A stretch of 64,000 nucleotides of DNA, from NCBI RefSeq assembly GCF_022539665.2, contig NC_081333.1, forward strand, positions 12,586,001 to 12,650,000, written 5' to 3'. The DNA is from Daphnia carinata (lineage: Eukaryota). The notes beneath the pieces are model-generated. The model worked only from the letters and a program-made list of their open reading frames with translations, ran no database searches and was not told where the DNA came from. The position numbers and the translations under genes are program-made. This document shows positions 52,025 to 64,000 of this stretch, piece by piece (the first letter of the stretch is position 1; every line of letters starts with the position of its first letter).

Positions 52025-52763
52025 TCAGTATTCGAAATGGTCTGGGTCATCGTCAGACGAGTCGTTAACGTGATGGGTAAGCGCGGAATTTTGAAATGAA
52101 AAGGCTTTAAAAATGCGTAATGCGAATAACATACTGTTGCATCTTTGCGGATGGTAGGGCTCCCCCAAGTGGTTGTTGCGCCACAAAAAGTGAACAAGTT
52201 TTCCGATGGATCCCTTTCCGATTTGCTGATGGGTTTCAGCAACACCTCCGCAAGCGGAGTGCAGAACATCATTCAAACATTTCGAACGTTGCAGTAAAAT
52301 GCCAGTCCTATTCTTCTCAATGGAATACTTCCATCGGCTCTCCGTTTTGAGCACGACGAAAGCGTGATGGATAATTGCGTTAGTAGCTGGGTTGACCTGT
52401 TCTTTGTACAACCGGACTAGCGTGATATTATTATGGCCGCAAATTTCCTCCGCCAGTAAATCTGTCCTTAGGCAACTGTGCGTCCATTCGCTTCGAATGC
52501 TGACGGATCCTCGGTGGTCAAACTCCATGAAAACCAGTTTACCACTCCACCGATCACTTTGCACGCAATTGGCATCCATAGGTGGGGCGTTTGGCGCAAG
52601 AAATGATGTCAGCTTCAAGGTTACACAGGCAGGTAGCAGACTCGCGTGGCGAAACAAATCACTGCAAAACGATCGGACTTTACCGGGAAAATATCGTCGA
52701 TAAAGGCAACATGCAACTTGTTGACGACATTGGCAGTCCGGCGTGTTCGTCTTGCGAGATAAC
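52025..52763 (-). CDS. Permuted papain-like (PPPDE/LRAT-type) domain protein; 5' end uncertain
   Basis: The frame is open from ~52763 to the stop at 52025. HHAFVVLKT…WKYSIEK…ILLQRS…Y-HPQRCNSMLFA follows the H…Y-x(4-5)-N-C-x-x-F-A layout of permuted NlpC/P60 enzymes, with Ser at the Cys position. Confidence 0.6.
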
Positions 52764-55700
52764 TATGGTGTTGAGTTTGTTAATTCGGCGTGAAACGGGA
52801 GTGAGACTCGCGTGGCAAAAACTTGCCCGAGGCCAGAAAAAAAAATTCGTGTTTGTTTACGAACACGAGTCGAAATCGCATGACTGAATACGGGACGAGA
52901 AAGCTAACGAGACTACGCGCCAACGAAAAGTTAAAATCAAGGACATTTTGCAGGCGAAATGATACACGCATTGGACGTTGGCAACTTACCAATATACGCA
53001 AATAAATACTTTTGCACAAATGACACTTTATTTATTCAATTTTCCTTTTTTGATGTAAGTGTTAATGTCCAGATGACATTTTTCATCGGCCTTTGCAACA
53101 TCTGGTACTGCTCTTCTTTTGTTTTCATATTTACTCTGCCTTGTCAACTTGGAGACGAGATATCAAGTGTTACAAGTTCAAGTACCCGTGTGACGCGCTT
53201 TATATTAACATTCGTGAGTACGTCATATTTAGAAAAACAATGGTCCCGTTAGACACACTTGGTGTGATAACGGCATCCATTTCAGAACGAGAATCAGGTA
53301 GCGTATGATCATGTTTTCAGTTCCCTGAAACGAATCGTTAATTATCTTTAAGTTTATCACGTAAAATTTTTTAAAAAGGAGAAGCATTTTTAGCTCCGAA
53401 AATGCTTTTGTTCTAACGTCTCCCAATAGATGGCTCTTGCATTTAAAAGCCAATAAAAAACTTTTAAGAGACTCACGAAATCACGATTATCTTTCAAAAG
53501 AAGACACCCATTTCGTACGTGGGGAAATTCTTGAAATGGATTTAAGACGGCAAAAAAAAATGATGTACAGATCATTTGAATATGATTGCTCTACAAGTAT
53601 ATATTGCACATTCACAACATTTGCGCAATCAGTTGAATTTCAAGTTTTGCTTTCCGTCTATAAAGCTGATTGGTGTTCAACGAGGAAAACTGCATTCCCC
53701 GTGCAGTCCGGGCAGGAAAACCCGTTGGATGTGTCATGCAAAAAAATGTATAAACAAACAACAACAACAAAAAATGTCAGTTTCGTTAACGATCTATTCT
53801 AACCTCTGATTAATTGATTGTATATAATTTAGCTCAGGTTTTTCCTCGATCGTGTTCCAGCAATAAGAGAACATTAATAATCGTACACGAACAGAGGTAA
53901 GACAAACAAAAAAAAAATCCGCATGTCGATTAGCATTTTACGTCATTCTTTAGGCGGTTACTGCAATCAGTTCGAATCCAATAAAAACCAAAATGTTAAT
54001 AATGAGCTCGAGCCCGTAAGCAGACTCTGGCTCGTAAAAAAAAAAAAAAAAAAAAAAAAGAGAACGAAAATAGTTTTCTTTTTCTTTTCTTTCCTTGAAT
54101 GAAGACCGTGAAAAGAACTCATCAAAAACAAAACTTTTTTTTTTCCAGCTCTCATTACCATAATGACCCGTCGAAGTAAAAGATAGACATTATTTTTTAG
54201 TCAGGCTTACAAAAAAAAAAAAAAAAAAAAGCGAAAAAGTGTGGGCAAAAAAAAAAAACCAAAAAAAAAACGAGCGAGATAACGTGGCAAATTGCTGGCC
54301 TCGTTTTCCAGCACCTGATGATTATTACCTCTAAATGGTTTTGCTAGCTGATGGTTATATCCACACTGACCCTCTAGGCTATTATTATAAGACGCACATC
54401 CAAGAAAATAAAATAAACTGCGGTACGACAAGACCCAACGCAAAAGAATAAAGAGGCGCAGCTTGGTAAAAGTAAATAAAAACACGCCATCATCATTACG
54501 CGTTATGTCACTGACGATGCGCGTATACCCTCACGTATCTATAGACACCCTTTCTGCGTGTATCTTCTTCAGCCGTCGGTGCGCTGTGAAACGAGTGTGT
54601 AAAAAAAAAGGAATATAATAGCATTAGGTTTTATTTCTGCATGTGAATAGCCTATAATATTATAGGACAAGTCGGCATTTGTTTTTCTTCCCATCTATAT
54701 ATATTTTTTTGTCGATGAGGGCAAAGTTGAACACCCCAATAAACGCAATGAAGACATGTCGGCATGTTGCGTGTATAATTATGCGCTAGAGGCATTTGAC
54801 TATAGGCCGTCGGTGTTTTGAAAGCTACCCTTTCTTTTTTCCTCTCTTTGGTTATATGGATATAGATGTAATTTCTAGCTATAGAACAGGAGGTGGAAAC
54901 GATATTTGTGTGACTCGTGTATTTACACAGATAGACATAAAGACATCCTCCGCAGGGTAGATAGCCGAACTACCCAATTATTGAATATTATATTATTACA
55001 ACCAGGAAAAAATGATGATGCGTAGCCTATAGTTCGTCTGGAGACTTAAATAGCCATGCCGACACACGCCCGGAAAACAACGAATTTCTTTATTTTTATT
55101 TCTTTTAATGCATTGCCAATTGCATCTGCCTATAGGCTAAATGATTCTGTTTAAACAATAATCTCTTGATGCAAAAAAAAAAAAAAAAAATTATAAACCG
55201 TCGTGAGTTAATCACGAAAGACACGCACGCAGCCCAATCATAATAACACAGCAATCCACTTGTATTTCATGCAGAAATTAAGCAATCGATTACGCTTAGA
55301 CAAACAGATTAGGCTTTAAAAATATCTAAAGGAAAACGAATTTCTCTATATAATGTTAGACAATCTAGACGACGTGGCATGAAATGGGGTTCACATGTTT
55401 TCTCAGAAAAGAGCCCTAATACATTTTTATTGCCTTTGTGTTTTCAGTCTATATATAGAAGCAAACAAGTCAATGAGGGCCTCATTAGAGACGAAGGGTG
55501 CGGTGTGACTACGGGTCGTGTCGTGATCTTTAGGCTACACATATTAGATGCGTCAGTGCTGCTGTAGATATACACACGCGGTGGGGTGCGTGATGCACAT
55601 CGAACAACACATCCGTGACTCGTCTGCGTGTTCACGCCTTTCTACTACCTTTCCCTGAAATATATGCAGGAGACAGTCCTGTTTGATACTGCGCCTTCGT

Positions 55701-58700
55701 TAGCCACATCCCTATCAATGACGTGAATCACGTTTGAACGATTGATTGTTTCTGCTACACCAAAGCTGCCAATTGGTTGCATTCCCGTGTGCGCGTTTGT
55801 TGTGCTTTTTTTTAAGGGTATGGGGTACGTGTTATGGACAAAAAGAGAAAAGAAAATCGCCACGCAAATATAGACGAAAAAGGATACGTGTACAAATCGG
55901 GGTCTAACTTTGATTTTCATTAGAATCGTTAGCGTGTTATGTTGTCCTTCTCCCAGTTTGGCCATTAAATCCGTGGAAAAAATTTGTGAAGGAAAAAAAA
56001 AAAAGAACAAAACCGACGACAGAGGAAATAAAACAAAAACAAAAACAAAACAAAAACGTTCTTGATGCAAATTTGCTATGCAATCATTAGCCACAGTTGG
56101 AATGACTTTTTCTTTAGATTTATGTGTCTGGCATAGCCGTACATACGTTGATTGAATGGCTAATCAAGTTCGACTGAACTGTTGCTTGTCTTCATTCATT
56201 CGACGAAATAATTTCACGAACCGGTATTTATTTTTGTTTGTTCGAAAAAAAAAAGAAAAGAAAACCATCCATATTAAGAAAAGGAAATGGCGATTGTGCG
56301 CCACAGAATGTTACGTATTTTCTTTCTTATGTCTACATACAATTGCGTATATATGTGTATATACATAAAGCTATACGCGTATATAAACATTTCTCCCACT
56401 TGCTGCGATGATTGTTCATCAGACTTGTTTGTCTCAGACCCATTCTAGATGTAATGGAGGCCCCCCGTTCCTTTTTTTTTTTTTTTTTTTTTTTTTTGAT
56501 GGACGCAAATAACACACACGCCACTCACAAACCGTAAACAAAAACGTCCAAAGTCTATTTCTTTTCTTGTTCAAGAAAAAAAAAAAAAAAAAGGTAGCCG
56601 ACTAATTGAGTTGTATAGCCGTCGGGTTTCCATTTTTCTTTCCCCATCTTCCTCCTTGCCTTTCTGTTATTTACCTGCGTTGATCTTACGGCCTGACAAG
56701 CTGACAACAAAAAATAAACAAAAGTTCAAACGTATCAAAAAGCTGCGCATAGTCTGTATATATACCTGGCGCTTTATGTTCAAGCTGTTTACAGGCATAT
56801 AAGGCCAACATCGAGCAAGAAAGAGAAACGCTATCATAAATATATAACCCGATACGCACAAGATACACAGAGAAATTCGTGTAAATAAATTTCGTAATGA
56901 ATTTGATCTTATAGAAGAGATTGGACTGAACGAAGACCACCCAAAATAAAAACTGTTCGAGAAAGAGAGGAGAAAAGAGAAAAAAAAAAAAAAAAAACGA
57001 CAGTCGCTTGTGGCGAGAAATTCAAATGAATCGATATACAAGGATAGAATAAATAAAAAGCGCAGTTACATGTAATTGGAAAACAAACAAAAAAAACAGT
57101 GTTCGGTGGCAGCAGTTTTTCTTCACGAATGTTTGACAATACAAGTGTTGTTTTTTTTCCTGAACTGGCGGCATCTTGAAAAAAAAAAAAAAATAGAAAT
57201 TTCTATATGAGAAAGGGAACAGAGCAGAGAGACGATGTATTAAGAAAAAAAGAGAAAAAATTCGTGTTTTTTCTGGCCACGCGACATTCTTCCCTAATGA
57301 GCTTCGTGTTATTTCCGAGCGAGTCGAATATATATATACGCGTCCGATCCCACAACAGTTGCTCCTCCTGCTGAAATGTGTCAACGACGATGAATAGCCC
57401 ACATCCATCAGCAGCATCTACAGCGCATGATCCTTTTCTTTATTTCTATATATGCAATAAGGAGAAACAAACGAAGCTAATCGTCCCAACTTCTTTATCG
57501 TTCAATTAGTTGCGCGTTTTTTTTTTCGTTTTTTTTTTTCAAATGTCTTTTTCTTTTTAATGTCTGCTTATTTAGTAATGGCAGTCTCACGTACTGACCC
57601 CGTTAAAAGAAAGAAAAAAAATGGAAGCGCAGACAAACACTCCCCAACAAAAATATATGAGAAATGTAACCGTTCTGATGTATATAGACGTGTCAATAAT
57701 CGTAACGAAGGCAAACAGCACGGCACTTGAAAAAAAAAAAAAAAATAAAATAAAATAAAGAAGAAAGGCTTCTTCTTGTGCCGCGGCGAGTGTGTGTTTA
57801 CACACAAACTTCATTGTTTGTCATGCAAGTGTTTTGTTTTGAAAATAGAAGAATAGGACGCGGACGTATAGAAACGAAAGGGGTCGTTCTCTTTCTCTCC
57901 ATCGTTTGGACGCTTTTTATTTTGTATTTCCCTTTTTTTTCTCTCTTTTCTTGGCACTCACAAAAGGATAGCTAACAAGAGAGGCTTCATTAAGAACGAA
58001 AGGGTCGAAATGTTTTTTCTTCAGTGAAATGACGACGACTAGACGCTATATACTTTCAGACAATTTGGAGCTAACATTTAAAAGGTGCAATTGAATTTAG
58101 CGTGCTTATTTTACTTGGTTACATAAATGGCTTCTTTTTTAACTTGTTCTTCTCGGACCATCTTTTTCATATTCCTTTTGATACGTTGCAGCGCATTAAC
58201 ACGAAAACATAACATGCAACGCGCGCAACATGTTTTAGGCCTCGAACAATCAGTCAGTGGCTATCTATAGAAGAACCTGCGCACATCGCTCATTTGGCCT
58301 ATGTCCGAGATAGTTGTCATATCGGGATGCACAGCCCGAGTGGAAAACAGAGTTCCAGCAAAACACTTGTGTTCCTAGGCGCGGATAGGCATCCGGAAAT
58401 TCCCGTTGTCAAGGCGTCGGCATCTTTTTTTTTTTTTTTTTTTAAGCATCAACTGCTACGTCCATACAGTCAAGAGAGGAACCAGCCTAAAAATGCAGAA
58501 AAAAAGGGGAAGGCATCTCGTTTCCGGCGTGTCACGAAGCAGAATCGTTCACGATATTTTACAGCCGTGAATGTATATTCATAACGTAATAAGTTGGGGA
58601 TACGTACGTATATCAATGCCCTCTTCTCTCTCTATATATATATGGGGGAAAGAAGTTGTTTTATATAAATAGGGTTCGTCGGCCGACTTATTATTGCCTC

Positions 58701-60276
58701 GGTGCTATCGTGATGGATAATAACAAGCAGATACGCAAAAAAGGAAATGAATCTACGCGCACGGCCAATATAGATGTGTAAATAGCACATATATTTTTTT
58801 TTTTTTGTATTTATATAAATAGCATCCTCTTCCTCTATTTATGGACGCTCGTGTGTGGCACGTATTGAACCTTATAGGGCGGTGTGTGTAAATAGGAGGA
58901 AACGACTGCCGATGCAAATCAGATAATGATGCCCTGCAATGAAATTTGCGTTTGAAAAGCGCGGTTTCCTCACACAGCACATCCCTCTCTGAATGCACTT
59001 CACTCTTTTAGGGTGCCCTTAGAGTGGGCTATTTATATGTACGAGGCAAGAGGGTTAAAAAGATGTGCAAGATAAAACGAAAGCTCGAAAATAGATTTCC
59101 GGCTTGTGTTGATCACTTTCGATTGAGCCGCACGACAGCTTTTAATGCCCATAGAAAATCATATGAAATTATAATATATCAGTCGTATATATAGGCAATG
59201 GGGAACACATGGAATCAATGGCTGGCCTCCCTGAAGAGCACACTGCACATAAGGCCCGACACTGAACGCAGAGGAAATGGAATCCCAAAATGTATTTAAT
59301 AAAATTTTAAAATCTAAATAGTTCAAAAATAATAAGAGCAATGATGAGGCGAGCATCCGGCTGACAAGCAATCAATCGCCTTAACTACGGGAGATATATA
59401 GAACAGCGGATGTTGGCCTATCGTTTGCGACGCTTCACGACGCCTCGTCGCTCTATTGTCCGCGTGCGCTTTTTCCTTGGCCATTGTCGTGGGAAATTGG
59501 CCTTCTAATTGTTTGATATTTCAACAACAGCAGCAGCAGCTCTATATAGTTTTGGGACTTGGTATGTATATATATATATAGAGTTGTCTTCTTGATTAGC
59601 GCTATTGTTCCTTCTTCCGCCGCTTTTCTTCCCACTTCCTTTCTCAATACGATGAGCCTCTCAAGAGCATTCCTTATATTCTCACCTCCGTCGTAGACTT
59701 GATTGAGCTCCTTGTGTCTGTTTGATATAGTCTTGCGTGAGAGCTTCTTGCAAATCGCGCAAAATGAATCGATCGTTAGGCGAACGGCGCATCAAACGAT
59801 GTCGAACGATCAACGCATCATGTCTGGACAGAATGATTGAAAGTTCGAGATTATAGGGACACAAAGAACTCAAGTGAATTCGTTCATTTGCAACAGCTCG
59901 AAAAAAACAAACAAAAAAACAAAAAAACAATAGTTGTGTATTGCACACGCAGAGCAAAGGGACATTGAATCTGGCCGGCTAAGCGAATGGAAAGAGGCCA
60001 CTGGGAGAATAAAGTAATAAGCAATAATAAATGTGTGCTGTGCGTTGTGTTATTTCTAACACATTTATTCGTGAGTGTGAACCCCCAGTAGATTTGCCCC
60101 CCCCCCCTTGGTCCGTCTCTATTCAGTTCCTCCTCCTCGTTCGTATATTATAAAGATATGGGCCTTTAATGAAAGCAAACAGGGCCTTTTATCACGACTA
60201 TATATACCATTATACTGTATATTATATATATAGTATATATATCTATATCACGCCGGCAGCAGCCATATTGGTTGCC

Positions 60277-60278
<2 letters not shown>

Positions 60279-60320
<42 letters not shown>
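60279..60320. repeat. (TC)n microsatellite, ~21 units
   Basis: Direct reading of the sequence. Confidence 0.95.
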
Positions 60321-60324
<4 letters not shown>

Positions 60325-63300
60325 TGTTAATAACATTAAAAGAGCCCCTTTTTTCTTTTGCCCGCTTAGGCCATCATAATATTCGTTTCTATTGCTCGCA
60401 TATAGGCTGACTTCCCTTATACAGAAAGGAGAGCCTCTTTGGCTCTATGGGGGTTCTTTGGAATAGAGCGTCGGTGGGTGGATGAGCCGATATGAAAGAA
60501 CGGTGGCCATGTCTGCTTGTATAAATGTACATATGGCCCGCTGTATATCAGTCGAGGCGGATGTTCGTACTGTGTGTGTGTGTGTGTACGTGTGAATTTC
60601 GCGTCTATTACATGCCTCTCCCCCTCTCCCCGCCCCTCGACGCTCTTACGACGCCATACTCCCGATACACCCACCCCTCTTCTATATATCGCGTGTTGGA
60701 TCTGATCTAGGAAATAAGAAAAGACGAGTGGACCAGAAAAAAAAAAAAAAAAAAAAAGAAAAGAGGGAGACGGTGGAAACGGAAGGAAGGAAAGAAGTCG
60801 CCTTGTTGTCATGGCGACGGCCAATCACGCTCTCTTATTCGAGTCTCAACCAGCAGCTCCGTGCCTGATCCAATCTAATCGTTTAATCTCCCCCTACCCC
60901 ACACACATCGTATAGAGCAATAGAGACGCAACGACAGGCTCAAACGTCGTCAGCGTCGTTCACGTCGGCTAAAAGGACTAACGGCACGAAAGGGGGGGGG
61001 GGGATGATGGGATTGGGCGTCGTAGAAGAAAAATGAAACCCAAAATGCTTCTAAAAACCAAATAACATGTTCCTTTTCTTTCTACTTCCCTTTTTTTTTT
61101 TCTTTCCTTATTATTCAATCTCCGGTCATATTAAAAAAAAGGCCTTGGGGTATCAACGTTTAAAACCGATTAAGAACTTTGGATGTGAAAAGTTCCCGCG
61201 TCAAAACAGCTTTATACAACATCCAAAATCTGCTGCCTTAATGTACAACAGCTTTTAATTAAACACTAAAAGATGATTAATTCAATTAGTAAAAAACGTT
61301 TATTTTTTTTTTTTTTAAATCGAAGGTATATAGTTAATAACGAGTTGGCGTCGTACAATAAATGTTTGCTTGTGTCGTATGAAAAAAATTGCGGTCGGTC
61401 GTAACGACCGTCGTTTTGGCACAGTCGCAATAACAAAACGAAGGGCCCCAGCGATTGACTTTTAATCAAAAACGCAAGTAACAAAGGGCGAACGTTGGTC
61501 GTGGCGGTGGGCCGTTCATTATATTGAAATGAATACACAAACGCCGTTGCAGGCTAAAAAAAAAAAAATAAAAAATAAAAGATGGCATCTATACAAAGAG
61601 CCGAAAGAGGATTACACACAGACCCTCTCCCCCCCCCCAAAAAAAAACCACAGCCCGACGTTGTGGACGATGGGGTTTTGTTAGTGTGTATATTTGTAAG
61701 GAACGTCTACATGTTCATATAACGCGCCTTGATGTATTTATATGGCAGGGGGGGGGGGGGAGAGGGAACGATGATGGGAAGCGACAAAAGGCAAACAAGT
61801 AGAGAAATGGGCAGTAACGATGATCGTGCTATTTATCGGGGGCCTACGTTATAGAGATGAAGAGGGGAGCAAAATGAGCGAAAAGACAAAATAAAATTTG
61901 AATAATTTCGTATGCATTCTATTGAGGGATGCACGAGCCCGACGGCAGTTATACAGCCACGATGAGAAAGAATATTATTTTTAAAAAAAGAAAAAGAAAA
62001 CTGACGGTCGTGTGTGTGAGAAAGGGATGATCGTTTGTGTGCGCCGTGATACATGGGGCTTGACGACGGCCGTGTGCTCCGACATCGCCCTCTCGAAAAT
62101 GTGTAGAACGCACAGATGAAAGAAAGTCCGGGGTTTAATGAGCCGCAATTTCGACGATAAACAGCCGTTTAGCAGTCCCTTCCCCCCTCTAACAAACGCT
62201 CGCTGGCCTTTTCATTTTGCTTTTCTGCGTGTGTGTACATATACGCACCTCTACACACATTTCCTTTTGACTCGTCGACATGGCACACGGGCCTTTTTTC
62301 ATCGATGATGTGATGAATATCGATGACCTTCTTTTATCGAAAGCTCTGAACATGAAGAAGCTCGACTGAACACCAAACGAACCAACGACGCCTAGATCGC
62401 TGTGTATAGTTCCCGATATGGGATGACATTAGACCTATATACTTGGAATATGGCCCCCCTTTGTCATCACATCGATCTTTTATAAACCATCTTTTTTTGT
62501 TTGTTTGCTATTTTTTTTTTTTTTTTTTTTTTTCTTTGATGCCCTAATGTGGCTATCACAGCGTTTTGCTGTCATCGATCGCTTTGTTTGTTCTGGCTCG
62601 TAAAATAAGGTCCGGTGCAAAGTCACTGACGATTGAGGGTCGTGGGAACTATCAAGATTCAACTATAGACTCGCATTTGATCAACAACTAGCGAGTTTGA
62701 CAGGAGACGCATTAGCGTCATTTCAATTGCCCTTTACAAACGGGCATTCAAAAAGAACGGTGCGTGAATCAACTAGAAATGTAGGGCGCAAAAGAGAAAC
62801 AAGAACACGTTTAATCGGGGCTGCATAACATAAATAGTTTTTAATGACTGCATCAGCATATTTCCGGCGGAAAATCACGACATTGCCCAATTTGACGATG
62901 GAGAGGCAGATTGAAACCTTTCGGAGAAAATAAAAAAAAAATGAAGGAGGAAATAAAAATATGTCTGACGGAAAATAATGAATACCTCATCAAAAATCAG
63001 TCCATGCACGCGCAATAACCAAATAAATTTTTGATGCATAATGAATTGCGATCGTTAGCGGCGCGCGCGCGCTCGGCTGTTAAACGCATTTTGTTTTTAT
63101 TCGTGGCTTAGTTTTCTATTTTGTTTTAAATCGTTATAAAGTCGCCTCGTTAACTGGAGCGGATTAACAACTAAATAAAAAAAAGGGGAGGCAATAATAA
63201 TGGCCGTTAAAAAATAAACAGATGGCTATGAGCAGTTTCGGCCCATAATGAAGCCCCCCCCCCCCAAAAAAAAAAAAAAAAAATAACAATCAAAATTCGT

Positions 63301-64000
63301 TTGTAGAAACAGTTTTTTAAAGGCATAAACGTTTTGAAATATAAAACTCGGGTCAATGTATAAGAACAATTACTCAATTATAGTGTTTGTAAAATAGCCT
63401 TCTTTTTTTTTTTTTTTAAAGGAAAAAGGCTGTAAAAATATTAAAAAGCGATCAATCTGTTTGTGTGATTTACGTTGCGCATTTGTTATTTTTTTATTAT
63501 TTGGGGCCACTAAATTGCGGTTATAACCCCCTCGAAAAAAAAAAATCATAAAATAATAATAATAGACAGCAGCAGTAGTTATATACGTCTGACTATGCAC
63601 TGAGCCTATATACAAGTTTGTAGCCCAATATGCGTAATAAAGAGATTATTATTACGACAAAAAAAAAAGCGTACGCATTCTATATACGGAACTGCTTTGA
63701 AACGTACGCTCGTAGAATATGAAAAGCGCTCCATAATTGGGAAGCGGGCCCACCAACATTCCAAAGCTATATGCCTCTGTCTTGGGGGTGGGTGATTAGG
63801 CGTGACCATCTCGGTTATGTTCTACCTGAATGATTCAAGAAACAAAAGGAATGGGATTTTTCAATGATGATCTTTGATGATTTCTGTTTCAAACTAGAAA
63901 GCCTATGGTTACATCTAACGTCCAAGTTTAGTTCATTTTATTTCCAATTTCGAGTCACGGAGTTAAAGGATTTTCCAGGTGGAAAACGACATCCACCCCA

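Noticed and set aside
1..64000. CRISPR arrays, rRNA or prokaryotic operons
   Set aside because: No repeat-spacer arrays or rRNA-like sequence were seen, and the genes are spliceosomal-intron-rich eukaryotic genes.

Overview
Eukaryotic, AT-rich genomic DNA with many very short (about 55-100 nt) GT-AG introns and abundant homopolymers and microsatellites. It looks like a compact crustacean genome such as Daphnia; this is inference from gene style only. All recognisable host genes lie on the minus strand: SAAL1-like (3.8-5.5 kb), a small coiled-coil gene (16.8-22.5 kb), POLR1C/RPAC1, a divergent bestrophin with an apparent frameshift, and a permuted-papain-fold protein with Cys-to-Ser at the presumed catalytic site. 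Two items stand out. (1) A ~4.7 kb foldback element (5776-10499) has diverged outer arms but near-identical inner arms; each arm carries a spliced ORF relic and a hairpin cluster, and the central spacer holds several tRNA-like A/B-box units. (2) Three paralogues of a Ser/Tyr/Arg-rich gene resembling the insect fau/CG45076-CG45078 family are not visible as such in the ORF track. They alternate with POLR1C and bestrophin and share exon phases, a MEF2-type promoter site and conserved intronic blocks; only one copy has the long acidic tail. Positions 1-3.8 kb and 53-64 kb appear non-coding. All gene models were spliced by eye; no database searches were run.
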